Of a DNA stretch of 64,000 nucleotides, positions 21,109-28,914 are shown in pieces (the first letter of the stretch is position 1; every line of letters starts with the position of its first letter). A program made the position numbers and the translations under genes. The stretch is taken from contig CAXBBG010000005.1 of the NCBI GenBank assembly GCA_963974105.1, positions 62,717-126,716 of the forward strand, read 5' to 3'. The stretch is from an uncultured Magnetococcales bacterium. GTDB taxonomy: Bacteria; Pseudomonadota; Alphaproteobacteria; UBA2136. The notes under the pieces are model-generated. The model ran no database searches and had not been told where the DNA came from. It worked only from the letters and a program-made list of their open reading frames with translations.

Positions 21109-21160
21109 CGCGGGACAGTATAACGGTAATAGTAAACACCAAACTTGCTTCTGTATAAGT
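21109..21160 (+). repeat. intergenic direct repeat A, copy 2
   Basis: CGCGGGACAGTATAACGGTAATAGTAAACACCAAACTTGCTTCTGTATAAGT, preceded by GGTGCCAGTAGGTGC as copy 1 is by GGTGCCAGTGGGTGC. Confidence 0.92.
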
Positions 21161-21359
21161 GTTACAAGCATAAAAACAGCCCCTCTCATCTTCAAAAAAC
21201 CTAAATCCTGTTCCGAAAATATTTTTTGCTAATAAACAGGATGTCTGCCCCCATTTATATATCGCCAAACAATTGATATTATTTAATATATCTTGATTTA
21301 AAACATTAAAGAATATAAGTTAAAAACATATTTAATACTTTTTAAAAGGTTCCTGAAAA

Positions 21360-22511
21360 TTGATGAGACTCAAACGATGTAAAACACTCTTATGTTTATC
21401 GCTTTTGATAACAAGCAACGCGTACGCTGCATGCACATCTCCATCTGCTGCGGCTGGTTCAATGCATTATAACTATACCAACAATGTTTTACAGTTTTGT
21501 GATGGTGCCGACTGGACAGATATGGGGGACAGCTCTCCCTCGGCAGCAGGAACAGCATGTACATCTCCAGCGTCCCCAGAAGGCTCCTTAGAATATAATG
21601 AAACCAATAATGCTTATCAATTTTGCAATGGTGACACTTGGAAAACCGTAAGCGGCCAAAGTTATGCTGCAGCTGGCAGTAGCGGTTGCCTGGCCCCTTC
21701 CTTTGGGGAGAAGACAATAGAATATAATACATCGTCAAATAAAATGCAGTTTTGCAATGGTGACACTTGGATAAATACAACCAAGTCAACTATTGCGAGC
21801 ACTATACCATTTACAGAAAACCTTGTTCTTTGGCTTGATTCAGAAGATATTGACGGTGACGGGGCCATTGAAGGCGTTTCTGAAACCGGGATAACTGCAG
21901 GTAAAGTAACGCTTTGGGTTGATAAGTCATCTCAAGGAAACAATGCTATTTCAGAAGGGGATGACCCAACATTTGCAGAATCTGTTGATGGACGCAACAT
22001 GATTGAATTTAACCTCAACCGATTGATCATCGGCCAACCCGCAAGCTTAGCATACACACCTCAAAGCACTTCTATGACTATATTTATTGCCGTTAATAAT
22101 GACAATGGCACACAAGGTGCTTATATATCTAAAGCTGGTTCAACCGGAAATCTTCGAGGCCCGTACATATTCGGACAAAGTAATCAGGTTGATGTATTCT
22201 CTGGTGGTGTGCAACACCCTGATCTAGACAATTACAACATTGGTAATGAGTATTATTCATACATTTTAGAAGCAAATTCAAGTGGTGCCTATTTTTACAC
22301 CGGAGGCATTGTTAATTTAACAGCAGGATCTATCGGTACTGGCTCAAATACGTCTGACTGGATACTGGGAGCGAGACGCACTAGCGATACCAACACCGGT
22401 GCAGGGTTCGAAATGGATGGTGGTCATATTGGTGAAGTTATTATATTCGACCTGGCACTTTCAGACGCGTCGCGTACAACTATTGAAGACTACCTTGCTT
22501 CTAAATGGTAG
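21360..22511 (+). CDS. secreted protein with three CxxP..G..Y..QFCxGxxW repeats and a LamG/concanavalin-like jelly-roll C-terminal domain
   Basis: Signal peptide ending AYA; N-terminal repeats paralogous to 18408-19460; C-terminal LVLWLDSED...WVDKSSQGNNA...GHIGEVIIFDLALS...IEDYLASKW. Confidence 0.78.
   Translation: MMRLKRCKTLLCLSLLITSNAYAACTSPSAAAGSMHYNYTNNVLQFCDGADWTDMGDSSPSAAGTACTSPASPEGSLEYNETNNAYQFCNGDTWKTVSGQSYAAAGSSGCLAPSFGEKTIEYNTSSNKMQFCNGDTWINTTKSTIASTIPFTENLVLWLDSEDIDGDGAIEGVSETGITAGKVTLWVDKSSQGNNAISEGDDPTFAESVDGRNMIEFNLNRLIIGQPASLAYTPQSTSMTIFIAVNNDNGTQGAYISKAGSTGNLRGPYIFGQSNQVDVFSGGVQHPDLDNYNIGNEYYSYILEANSSGAYFYTGGIVNLTAGSIGTGSNTSDWILGARRTSDTNTGAGFEMDGGHIGEVIIFDLALSDASRTTIEDYLASKW
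21552..21600. repeat. 49-bp perfect inverted repeat, arm 2
   Basis: Identical to the reverse complement of 19133-19181. Confidence 0.92.
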
Positions 22512-22623
22512 AGATACCAATATGCCATTTGCTCACCAAACAAACAGCTTCGCTTCGCACATGTGTTTTAAGTGTACATGTATAATGCAAGTTGGCAATG
22601 ATGGATGTTGTTCACGGACATTC

Positions 22624-22675
22624 CGTGGCAGAGTATAACGGTAATAGCAAACACCAAACTTGCTTCTGTATAAGT
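22624..22675 (+). repeat. intergenic direct repeat A, copy 3
   Basis: CGTGGCAGAGTATAACGGTAATAGCAAACACCAAACTTGCTTCTGTATAAGT; 48/52 identical to copy 2; downstream flank resembles that of copy 1 (ACAT...TTAGTGTC..TTGA). Confidence 0.92.
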
Positions 22676-22720
22676 ACATGAATGGCTAGCTTAGTGTCGA
22701 TTGAACGAGAGGTAAAGTAT

Positions 22721-22753
22721 AAAAAAAAAAGCCACCCATACAAGTGACTTTTT
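22721..22753 (-). terminator. probable intrinsic terminator of the Nudix gene
   Basis: A10-GCCAC-loop-GTGAC-T5 imperfect hairpin. Confidence 0.55.
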
Positions 22754-22765
22754 ATTCGCTAACAG

Positions 22766-23461
22766 TTAACTAGTAATACCAAAAGTACCAGCAATAGTAC
22801 CACCGAATTCAAAGACAAGAGCACTAAGTGCTACAGGTTTTGAAGAACCATGAGTTACTACAGCAGGAGCATCTTTAACTCGTACCGCACTCCATGTATT
22901 CCAATCAATAGAATTTATAAACTCTTCAGCATTGTTAGGATTAACCCAAATCAACGCTTCAGTATCAGTATTCGTTGCATTGTTACACAACGAAACAGAA
23001 GTACAGTCACCAACCCATGTTTTAGAGCCAGCAGGAATTTTTACACCACCAACTTCTTCCATGAGTTCACGACGAGCCGTTTCGCTAATATCACTATCAG
23101 CTAACTCTTTATGACCACCAGGAACAGAAACAGCTTGTAAATAACCAGCCTTATCCTGAACACGTACTAGAAGATAGTTTTCACCATCTTTAGCAAATAC
23201 GACACCAATGTTAGCTGTATTAGCCAATAATAGTATTGTAAAATTTCTCGTGTTATCTGAATTCCCATGAGGATGAACAGATACAGAAAGGCTTGGCGCC
23301 ATTTGGTTGGTACGATCAATAGAAGATTTAATCACAGTATAACCAGCATCAAAGGCCAAGCTATTGTAGTTTGCTAGTATCTCATCATCAGATAAGTCTT
23401 TGTGCAAACTGTTTACTGCATTGTAAATCACACTAGTTTTTGGAGCATTTAATATATTCAT
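22766..23461 (-). CDS. divergent Nudix-domain protein with an N-terminal extension
   Basis: SVPGGHKELADSDISETARRELMEEVG Nudix box; start placed at MNILNAP. Confidence 0.72.
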   Translation of the reverse strand: MNILNAPKTSVIYNAVNSLHKDLSDDEILANYNSLAFDAGYTVIKSSIDRTNQMAPSLSVSVHPHGNSDNTRNFTILLLANTANIGVVFAKDGENYLLVRVQDKAGYLQAVSVPGGHKELADSDISETARRELMEEVGGVKIPAGSKTWVGDCTSVSLCNNATNTDTEALIWVNPNNAEEFINSIDWNTWSAVRVKDAPAVVTHGSSKPVALSALVFEFGGTIAGTFGITS

Positions 23462-23582
23462 AATAATTTTCCATAGGATATCAACCAAAATCAGAATGAT
23501 TTCAGTTAGAAAAACGTTAATCAAGATCAATAGTCTTAGTTACATATGGTGTTTAGTATTAATTTTACAAGTAATATTACTG

Positions 23583-23688
23583 ACTTCGTACAACCTCTTC
23601 GCACCCTCTCCAACCACCATAAATCTCACACACACCCTCACATCAACCCACCACCTAAAACACACGTTTGTACCACCAGTTTATACCT
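23583..23688 (+). repeat. direct repeat B, copy 1 (106 bp, C/A-rich)
   Basis: 99/106 identical to 26398-26503; ends in TTTGTACCACCAGTTTATACCT. Confidence 0.93.
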
Positions 23689-23741
23689 TGTGTGTGCAAA
23701 TACATGTAACAATTTGAAATGTATAGTGAATTTTAAAATGA

Positions 23742-23915
23742 TGGGTCGGGGGGGGGGAGTCGAACCCCCGTCCGCAATTAAGTCTTGTAACAGGCTACTA
23801 CATGTTTAGTTTCTAATTTATTTCTCCTAAACGCTGTCGGAAAACATACCACGCACAAGCCGCCCGCTAAAGTTTTAACCTTCGGGTCACGGCATCCCCT
23901 CTAGCGAGTACATCT
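23742..23915 (-). pseudogene. ssrA: decayed 3' half of a one-piece (E. coli-like) tmRNA gene
   Basis: Minus strand reads GAAGGTTAAAACTT...GTGGTATGTTTTCCGACAGC...ACTAAACATGTAGTA...CGGACGGGGGTTCGACTCCCCC..., matching my recollection of the E. coli ssrA pk3/pk4/T-arm; the acceptor end CCCCCGACCCA is non-canonical; no 5' half found; upstream boundary approximate. Confidence 0.7.
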
Positions 23916-23993
23916 AAATATAAACCAAATACAAACCTCAATGTACGAAAGTCGCGACTAAGTAATGAAATAAGGAAGGTTAAATATAGATAT

Positions 23994-24024
23994 AAAAAAA
24001 GCACCCCCATAAAGGAGTGCTTTT
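23994..24024 (-). terminator. intrinsic terminator of the FG-GAP gene
   Basis: AAAAAAAGCACCCCC-ATAAA-GGAGTGCTTTT. Confidence 0.75.
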
Positions 24025-24046
24025 ACATCGTTAAGTAGGTTAAACG

Positions 24047-25804
24047 TTATTCAAAAAAACGAATATGAATACCTATAGTGTTGTGGTTAATAAGAGCGTC
24101 TAAATCTCCGTCACCATCCATATCAGCTAAAGTTGCACCCACTGAGTTAGTAAGAGCGCCCCCCATGTTATTGTATTGGTTGGTCATGTAATCATCAGCA
24201 TGCACAATTTCTTGTTGGCTTAATACTGCATAGTCACCACTTGCATTTTCATGTAAAAGAACCAGCTCTAGGCTTGAATTAAACACATTACCACCTAATG
24301 AAGAGTAAGCTGCGATTAAAACATCACCGATACCATTTCCGTCAACATCTCCAGCAGGTATCATATATCCTAGTCGTCCATTCCCAAATGGCGTACCATT
24401 CTTAGTAACAGTAAATGTTTTAACCGCTTTAATAGTAAAATCACTATTCATGAGGGCAATTTCATATCCACCATCCACAGGTGAGCTATGCATTAAATCA
24501 ACCACACCGTCCCCATCAACATCACCAGCAACACGGTATACACCTGTAGTAACTGAATCTTGGAAGTGTTTAAGCTCTTTTACCGTACCGTCAATATTCA
24601 TTAAAACAAGAACAGTAACATCTCGCACTAATGTATAGCCCAATTGCTCACGTGCATAAACGTATTGCTTATTTGCACTACCGCGAATAACAGTAATAAA
24701 ATCCATCACACCATTCGCATCAACATCGGCATAAGCTTCCGTTTGAGATTCATTAAAAAGAAGCCCTCCTGGCATACTTTCAGGTAAATTACCAACAGCA
24801 TTGGAAACTTTAACTGTGCCTATCACACTGTAGCCATCTGCTTCATTATCGTCTAATAACAATATATGAAAACTTTGACCAACAAGTAAAACGTCCGTTG
24901 TGCCATTGCCGTCAAAATCACCCACGGGTTTTAAATAACTATAACTATAATTACCTGAATCAATTTCAAAACCAGTGTTTTTAACAGCTTTGTAACCAAT
25001 AGGTTGGTATGACTTAACAGTTCCGTCTGAATTTGTAGAAACAATAAACATTCTTGTACCATATTCATCTAATAGCAAAGGAGAAGAGCTAGACCTCCCT
25101 ATCGATCCTTGAGTTATGAACTCTTTAATGCCATTGCCATCTTTATCATCCAGCATAACAACATCTCTTCCAAAGTTTACTTTATCGGCAGCGCTTTGAA
25201 TCACAATAGGCAGCTCTGTAATGCTAGCATCACCAACAAAAGTTGTACCCATAGGACCAGAAGGAATAAAGTTCCCCTTGCTTTCATAAACAGGGCCAGG
25301 TGAGCTTGGATAACCAATATCACGCACTAATGCGTAGTCAAAAACAACATGACGATCATCGGACGTGGCGTTTGATATTTCAATACCTTCAAGGCCTTCA
25401 ATACCGCCTAGCGACACGACATATACCTCATATATGCCACCTACTTGACTATAACTCCCTTCAGTCACGCCATTTGCTGTGTAAATCAAGACTTTTACAT
25501 CGACTGATCTCCAGTCGGCTGTGTGTCTTAAAGTGCCTATTTCAATCCAATATGACTTTTCAGGTACTGCGTCGGATAAGTCTATATAAATTGAACCCGG
25601 CTCAGCAGGATCTACCGCGCTTGCCTTGCCTGCGACATACTGACCATCGTGTGCATTAGCATGAGTTTTATGAACCCAATTACCTGTGTAGGTAATACGA
25701 GCATCATCTTCTTCAATAATAGTTTCTACAGCTAGTTCTGCCTGAGCAGAAAACGCCAAGAATGCCGAAAGCGCCACAGCGCAAAGTATAGATTTTATCT
25801 TCAT
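24047..25804 (-). CDS. secreted FG-GAP/integrin-like beta-propeller protein with an N-terminal carbohydrate-binding-like domain
   Basis: Signal peptide ending AQA; repeated DxDGNGxxD/GDVDGDG calcium motifs; N-terminal DDARITYTGNW...VVFDYALV jelly-roll-like module. Confidence 0.8.
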   Translation of the reverse strand: MKIKSILCAVALSAFLAFSAQAELAVETIIEEDDARITYTGNWVHKTHANAHDGQYVAGKASAVDPAEPGSIYIDLSDAVPEKSYWIEIGTLRHTADWRSVDVKVLIYTANGVTEGSYSQVGGIYEVYVVSLGGIEGLEGIEISNATSDDRHVVFDYALVRDIGYPSSPGPVYESKGNFIPSGPMGTTFVGDASITELPIVIQSAADKVNFGRDVVMLDDKDGNGIKEFITQGSIGRSSSSPLLLDEYGTRMFIVSTNSDGTVKSYQPIGYKAVKNTGFEIDSGNYSYSYLKPVGDFDGNGTTDVLLVGQSFHILLLDDNEADGYSVIGTVKVSNAVGNLPESMPGGLLFNESQTEAYADVDANGVMDFITVIRGSANKQYVYAREQLGYTLVRDVTVLVLMNIDGTVKELKHFQDSVTTGVYRVAGDVDGDGVVDLMHSSPVDGGYEIALMNSDFTIKAVKTFTVTKNGTPFGNGRLGYMIPAGDVDGNGIGDVLIAAYSSLGGNVFNSSLELVLLHENASGDYAVLSQQEIVHADDYMTNQYNNMGGALTNSVGATLADMDGDGDLDALINHNTIGIHIRFFE

Positions 25805-26053
25805 GAGCGGTTTCCTCAAACGAGAGTAAAGAATAAAGCGAAGATTTTCGCCATTGATTCAAAGTTATTCAAAAACATCTAACGTTACCGTAAGTGCATT
25901 GTTTTAAAGGTATAATAGATGTTCCGTCTAATTTTGAAACGTGGTTGTAACATGCGTTAATTGCAACGTCAAACTTATTATGCAATTATGTAGTGTATGT
26001 ATATTTAAAAATATAACCTTTGTAACAAAACATTATATTCTCGCTCAAAGTAG

Positions 26054-26392
26054 CTGCTACACTCACTTCAAATTCATTCAAATGAAGGCTACTATGCAGT
26101 TCAAAACCATCTATCAAGTGATTGCCCTGAATTCCACTGTATTTTAACGAACTTAAAATTACTGTCTCAGCAAATTAGCTTTACCTTACACAAATACGAT
26201 ATGGTAGATGAACAGCTTTTCGACTTCTTTAAGAATTTAGAATGCCTATTGTTACAGTTACAAGACACAAAAGCAGGCTATGATGACTCTAAGCAATTGC
26301 TAAGGTTTTTGTACGGCACATTTGCTGGCTTCTGTTTTATTAAAGGTGATATTGGCTATGATATTGTAGAAAAAATGGTAGAAGACTTATAA
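26054..26392 (+). pseudogene. decayed hypothetical gene
   Basis: The frame of the 26201 ORF stays open for 49 more codons upstream to a TAG at 26051, with no ATG, GTG or TTG. Confidence 0.4.
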
Positions 26393-26397
26393 GTCCA

Positions 26398-26503
26398 ACT
26401 TCGTACAACCTCTTCGCACCCTCTCCAACCACCATAAATTCCACACACACCCTCACATCAACACACCACTCAAAACACACGTTTGTACCACCACTTTGTA
26501 CCT
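26398..26503 (+). repeat. direct repeat B, copy 2
   Basis: 99/106 identical to 23583-23688; ends in TTTGTACCACCACTTTGTACCT. Confidence 0.93.
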
Positions 26504-26669
26504 GTGGCATACAGTAGCTTATAACTACATGTCAAATTAGATTGAAATTTTCAATAAAAGAATAGATTTTGCACTGCGTGAAGACCTTATGGGTAAAGTG
26601 TATTTAACATACATGAGCCCATAAGCAGCTGAGCAAAGTGTGAAAGATAGCTTTTAGGGGATTTTTCAA

Positions 26670-26754
26670 TGGTGCCGACGATAGGACTCGAACCTACACA
26701 CCTTACGGCACAAGCACCTCATGCTTGCGTGTCTACCAATTTCACCACGTCGGC
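26670..26754 (-). tRNA. tRNA-Leu(GAG)
   Basis: GCCGACGTGGTGAAATTGGTAGACACGCAAGCATGAGGTGCTTGTGCCGTAAGGTGTGTAGGTTCGAGTCCTATCGTCGGCACCA: 7-bp acceptor stem, CAAGC/GCTTG anticodon stem, long variable arm, encoded CCA. Confidence 0.96.
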
Positions 26755-26795
26755 GCACCTTGAATAAAATAGTATTTAGCAGTATATTAGTAATC

Positions 26796-27437
26796 ATGCA
26801 AGCACCAAGTTTAAAAATTATATATAAAACACCTGAAACACCGTACGAAGCCGTAACGGAACTTCAGGAAACTATTGTCGCCAAAGTGGTGGCATTAGAA
26901 GAATGCGATACACTCATATTTTGTGAACATGCCCCCATTTATACATGCGGTACCAGCACCCAGTTAAAAAAGGATTATATCGGCGGAAATAATGTGCCTG
27001 TTATTAAAACTGGCCGCGGTGGACGCATTACATACCATGGCCCTGGTCAACGTGTCATTTATCCTGTTATCGACCTACGCAACCGCAATAAAGACCTGCG
27101 TCAATATATCTGTGACCTTCAACAGTGGCTCATTCTAAGTCTAGCAGATATTGGTGTCGAAGCTTATTGTACAGACGATGTAGGCGTTTGGGTAAAAACC
27201 CCTTCAGGTGAAAAGAAAATTGCGGCTATTGGCGTTCGGGTACGTAAATGGGTCGCTTTTCATGGTATTGCTTTAAATGTATCGCCTGATATGAATCATT
27301 TTACAGGCATTGTTCCCTGCGGTATAAAAAGTAAGGGTGTCACCTCGTTAAAAGAGCTTGGTATCAACATAACCATGCAAGAAATGGACGAAATACTCCT
27401 ACGTCATTTCAAACTTAAATTCCATCAACACAACTAA
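26796..27437 (+). CDS. lipB: lipoyl(octanoyl) transferase
   Basis: EHAPIYTCG, RGGRITYHGPGQ, KIAAIG, HGIALN, IVPCG; start moved to 26796 because the longer ORF overlaps the tRNA. Confidence 0.95.
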   Translation: MQAPSLKIIYKTPETPYEAVTELQETIVAKVVALEECDTLIFCEHAPIYTCGTSTQLKKDYIGGNNVPVIKTGRGGRITYHGPGQRVIYPVIDLRNRNKDLRQYICDLQQWLILSLADIGVEAYCTDDVGVWVKTPSGEKKIAAIGVRVRKWVAFHGIALNVSPDMNHFTGIVPCGIKSKGVTSLKELGINITMQEMDEILLRHFKLKFHQHN

Positions 27438-27461
27438 ATTGATATATTTTTTTTGATTTAA

Positions 27462-27884
27462 CAGATTACAAATTCACTACAAGAACGCTACAACAACAAA
27501 CTTGTCAACACCGATGGCTTACGCATATTTTCTGGTGTTAACCCAAACACGAATGAACTTTTTAACAACGCAGATCAAATGGTAAAGTTTTACAACAACG
27601 GTGACTTATTACTGGATGTAGACACGCGTTTTTGGGGGCTCAACACAACAGGTATCAACAACGTTTGGTATATTAGCCAAATTCGCCTGATTGATGCGTA
27701 CACGAAAAAGGATCTAGCTGCTGATACATGCACATACAAATCTTCTGATATAGAACCTGGAAGCACGCCAACTTACGGCGAATTGGTTGACAACAATGAA
27801 GCTGCGCTTTTAAAACAATATCTAAGCAATGCGGCCCATTACTGTGCTTCTACATTTTTAACAAAAAACTTAAACTTCCAGTAA
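27462..27884 (+). pseudogene. 5'-truncated hypothetical gene remnant
   Basis: The frame of the 27579 ORF is open back to a TAA at 27459 with no ATG, GTG or TTG; ends at a clear terminator. Confidence 0.5.
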
Positions 27885-27897
27885 AGTTATCTTACTT

Positions 27898-27925
27898 AAA
27901 AGCCTCCATAAACGGAGGCTTTTTT
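27898..27925 (+). terminator. intrinsic terminator
   Basis: AAAAGCCTCC-ATAAAC-GGAGGCTTTTTT. Confidence 0.85.
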
Positions 27926-28041
27926 ATTTTTATAATAACCCTTGAAATTCACAACAAATACACTATATTTTTTTCATACGCCTATTTAGGTCGCAACATT
28001 TTTATCTTTTACACATTACGCTTCTAACAGGAGGTTACACC

Positions 28042-28251
28042 ATGCGTGCCGCCGATATAGTTTTAAAAGGTATACCCGATGAGTTAGCCTTAGACGCTAC
28101 TAAAAAAGCGTTAAATGCACGTCAGAAAGGCAATCCATCTGCCTTGCACCCTATCATTTTAAACTCAGGTGAAACCGTTTCATTACTTATACAGTACATA
28201 GAAACACATCAACAATATTATGTGCGTATTCCAGCTTTAGAGCGTGCATAA
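28042..28251 (+). CDS. small hypothetical protein
   Basis: AGGAGGT SD, upstream TTGAAA...TATATT promoter-like sequence, downstream terminator. Confidence 0.65.
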   Translation: MRAADIVLKGIPDELALDATKKALNARQKGNPSALHPIILNSGETVSLLIQYIETHQQYYVRIPALERA

Positions 28252-28256
28252 CATCG

Positions 28257-28288
28257 AAAAAAAAACAGCTCTTTTGAGCTGTTTTTTT
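28257..28288. terminator. bidirectional terminator
   Basis: A9-CAGCTC-TTTT-GAGCTG-T7. Confidence 0.85.
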
Positions 28289-28295
28289 ATTTTCA

Positions 28296-28883
28296 TTAAA
28301 TACTTGGTATATGAATATCTAAAGATTCTAAAAGATGGTAATAAGCCAGCACAATAAGTACAAAAAAAGCAACCATTGCAATAAGGCGATAAACAAAACC
28401 ATGGCTATGGAATTTTGTGCATTCTTTATGTTTAAAAACATCCATCATTTCATCACCAAAATAAATAGATAGAAACGTACCGATACCGCACAAAAGAATA
28501 ATGCCCCAATAAGGTATTGGTGTCATAATAATTTTATATAACAGCGTGGTTAAAAATGTGGTTTCATAAATTTCAGGGCTGTAAAAAACTGCATATACAT
28601 TTAAAACTATAGCAATAGCCCATACAACAATTTCCATAATAATCATGCGAACACCTGTTAATATGCGCACAGGAAAATCAAGCAGGAACCCAGCGTCTGC
28701 AATAGGTGTGCAAAGTACAAAAAAGCTCCATGTTAGCCCGCCTACCAAGCCACCTGTAGCAAGGCCATATTCATAAGTCAAATAACCGCAGTAAGCCATA
28801 AAAACAGCCAACAGCAATATAAAACGAATCAATGTTTCGAAGTGAGTTTTGTGCTTTATTTGCAGTAAACCATCTTTGTTCAT
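28296..28883 (-). CDS. conserved hypothetical integral membrane protein
   Basis: About five TM segments; motifs LTWSFFVLCTPIADAGFLLDFPVR and GTFLSIYFGDE. Confidence 0.8.
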   Translation of the reverse strand: MNKDGLLQIKHKTHFETLIRFILLLAVFMAYCGYLTYEYGLATGGLVGGLTWSFFVLCTPIADAGFLLDFPVRILTGVRMIIMEIVVWAIAIVLNVYAVFYSPEIYETTFLTTLLYKIIMTPIPYWGIILLCGIGTFLSIYFGDEMMDVFKHKECTKFHSHGFVYRLIAMVAFFVLIVLAYYHLLESLDIHIPSI

Positions 28884-28914
28884 TCGCTATAATATCCTAA
28901 ATTTAAATTTTTAA

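Larger units (their letters stand above)
18400..26669. mobile_element. putative tRNA-Leu-anchored accretion island of repeat-delimited cargo genes (no integrase in the window)
   Basis: Lies at the tRNA 3' end; contains repeats A and B, a tmRNA remnant, a pseudogene and unrelated cargo genes; left boundary uncertain. Confidence 0.5.

Noticed and set aside
18408-22511. Diversity-generating retroelement acting on the lectin-like C-terminal domain
   Set aside because: No reverse transcriptase and no template/variable repeat pair with adenine-specific mismatches; the shared sequence is in the N-terminal repeats.
22551-22580. dif-like sequence GCTTCGCACATGTGTTTTAAGTGTACAT upstream of repeat A3
   Set aside because: Only loose resemblance to XerC/XerD arms and not conserved at the other two copies, so Xer-type cassettes cannot be claimed.
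19650-22675. Repeat A as a CRISPR array or integron attC array
   Set aside because: Spacing is about 1.5 kb, there are no cas or intI genes, the repeat lacks RYYYAAC...GTTRRRY palindromic ends, and the intervening genes have mixed orientation.
23496-23809. Short ORFs overlapping repeat B1 and the tmRNA remnant
   Set aside because: Their His/Thr/Pro-rich translations just reflect the C/A-rich repeat; the region is better explained as non-coding.
26721-26795. N-terminal extension of LipB given in the ORF track
   Set aside because: It overlaps the tRNA-Leu gene on the opposite strand; the ATG at 26796 gives a normal-length LipB.
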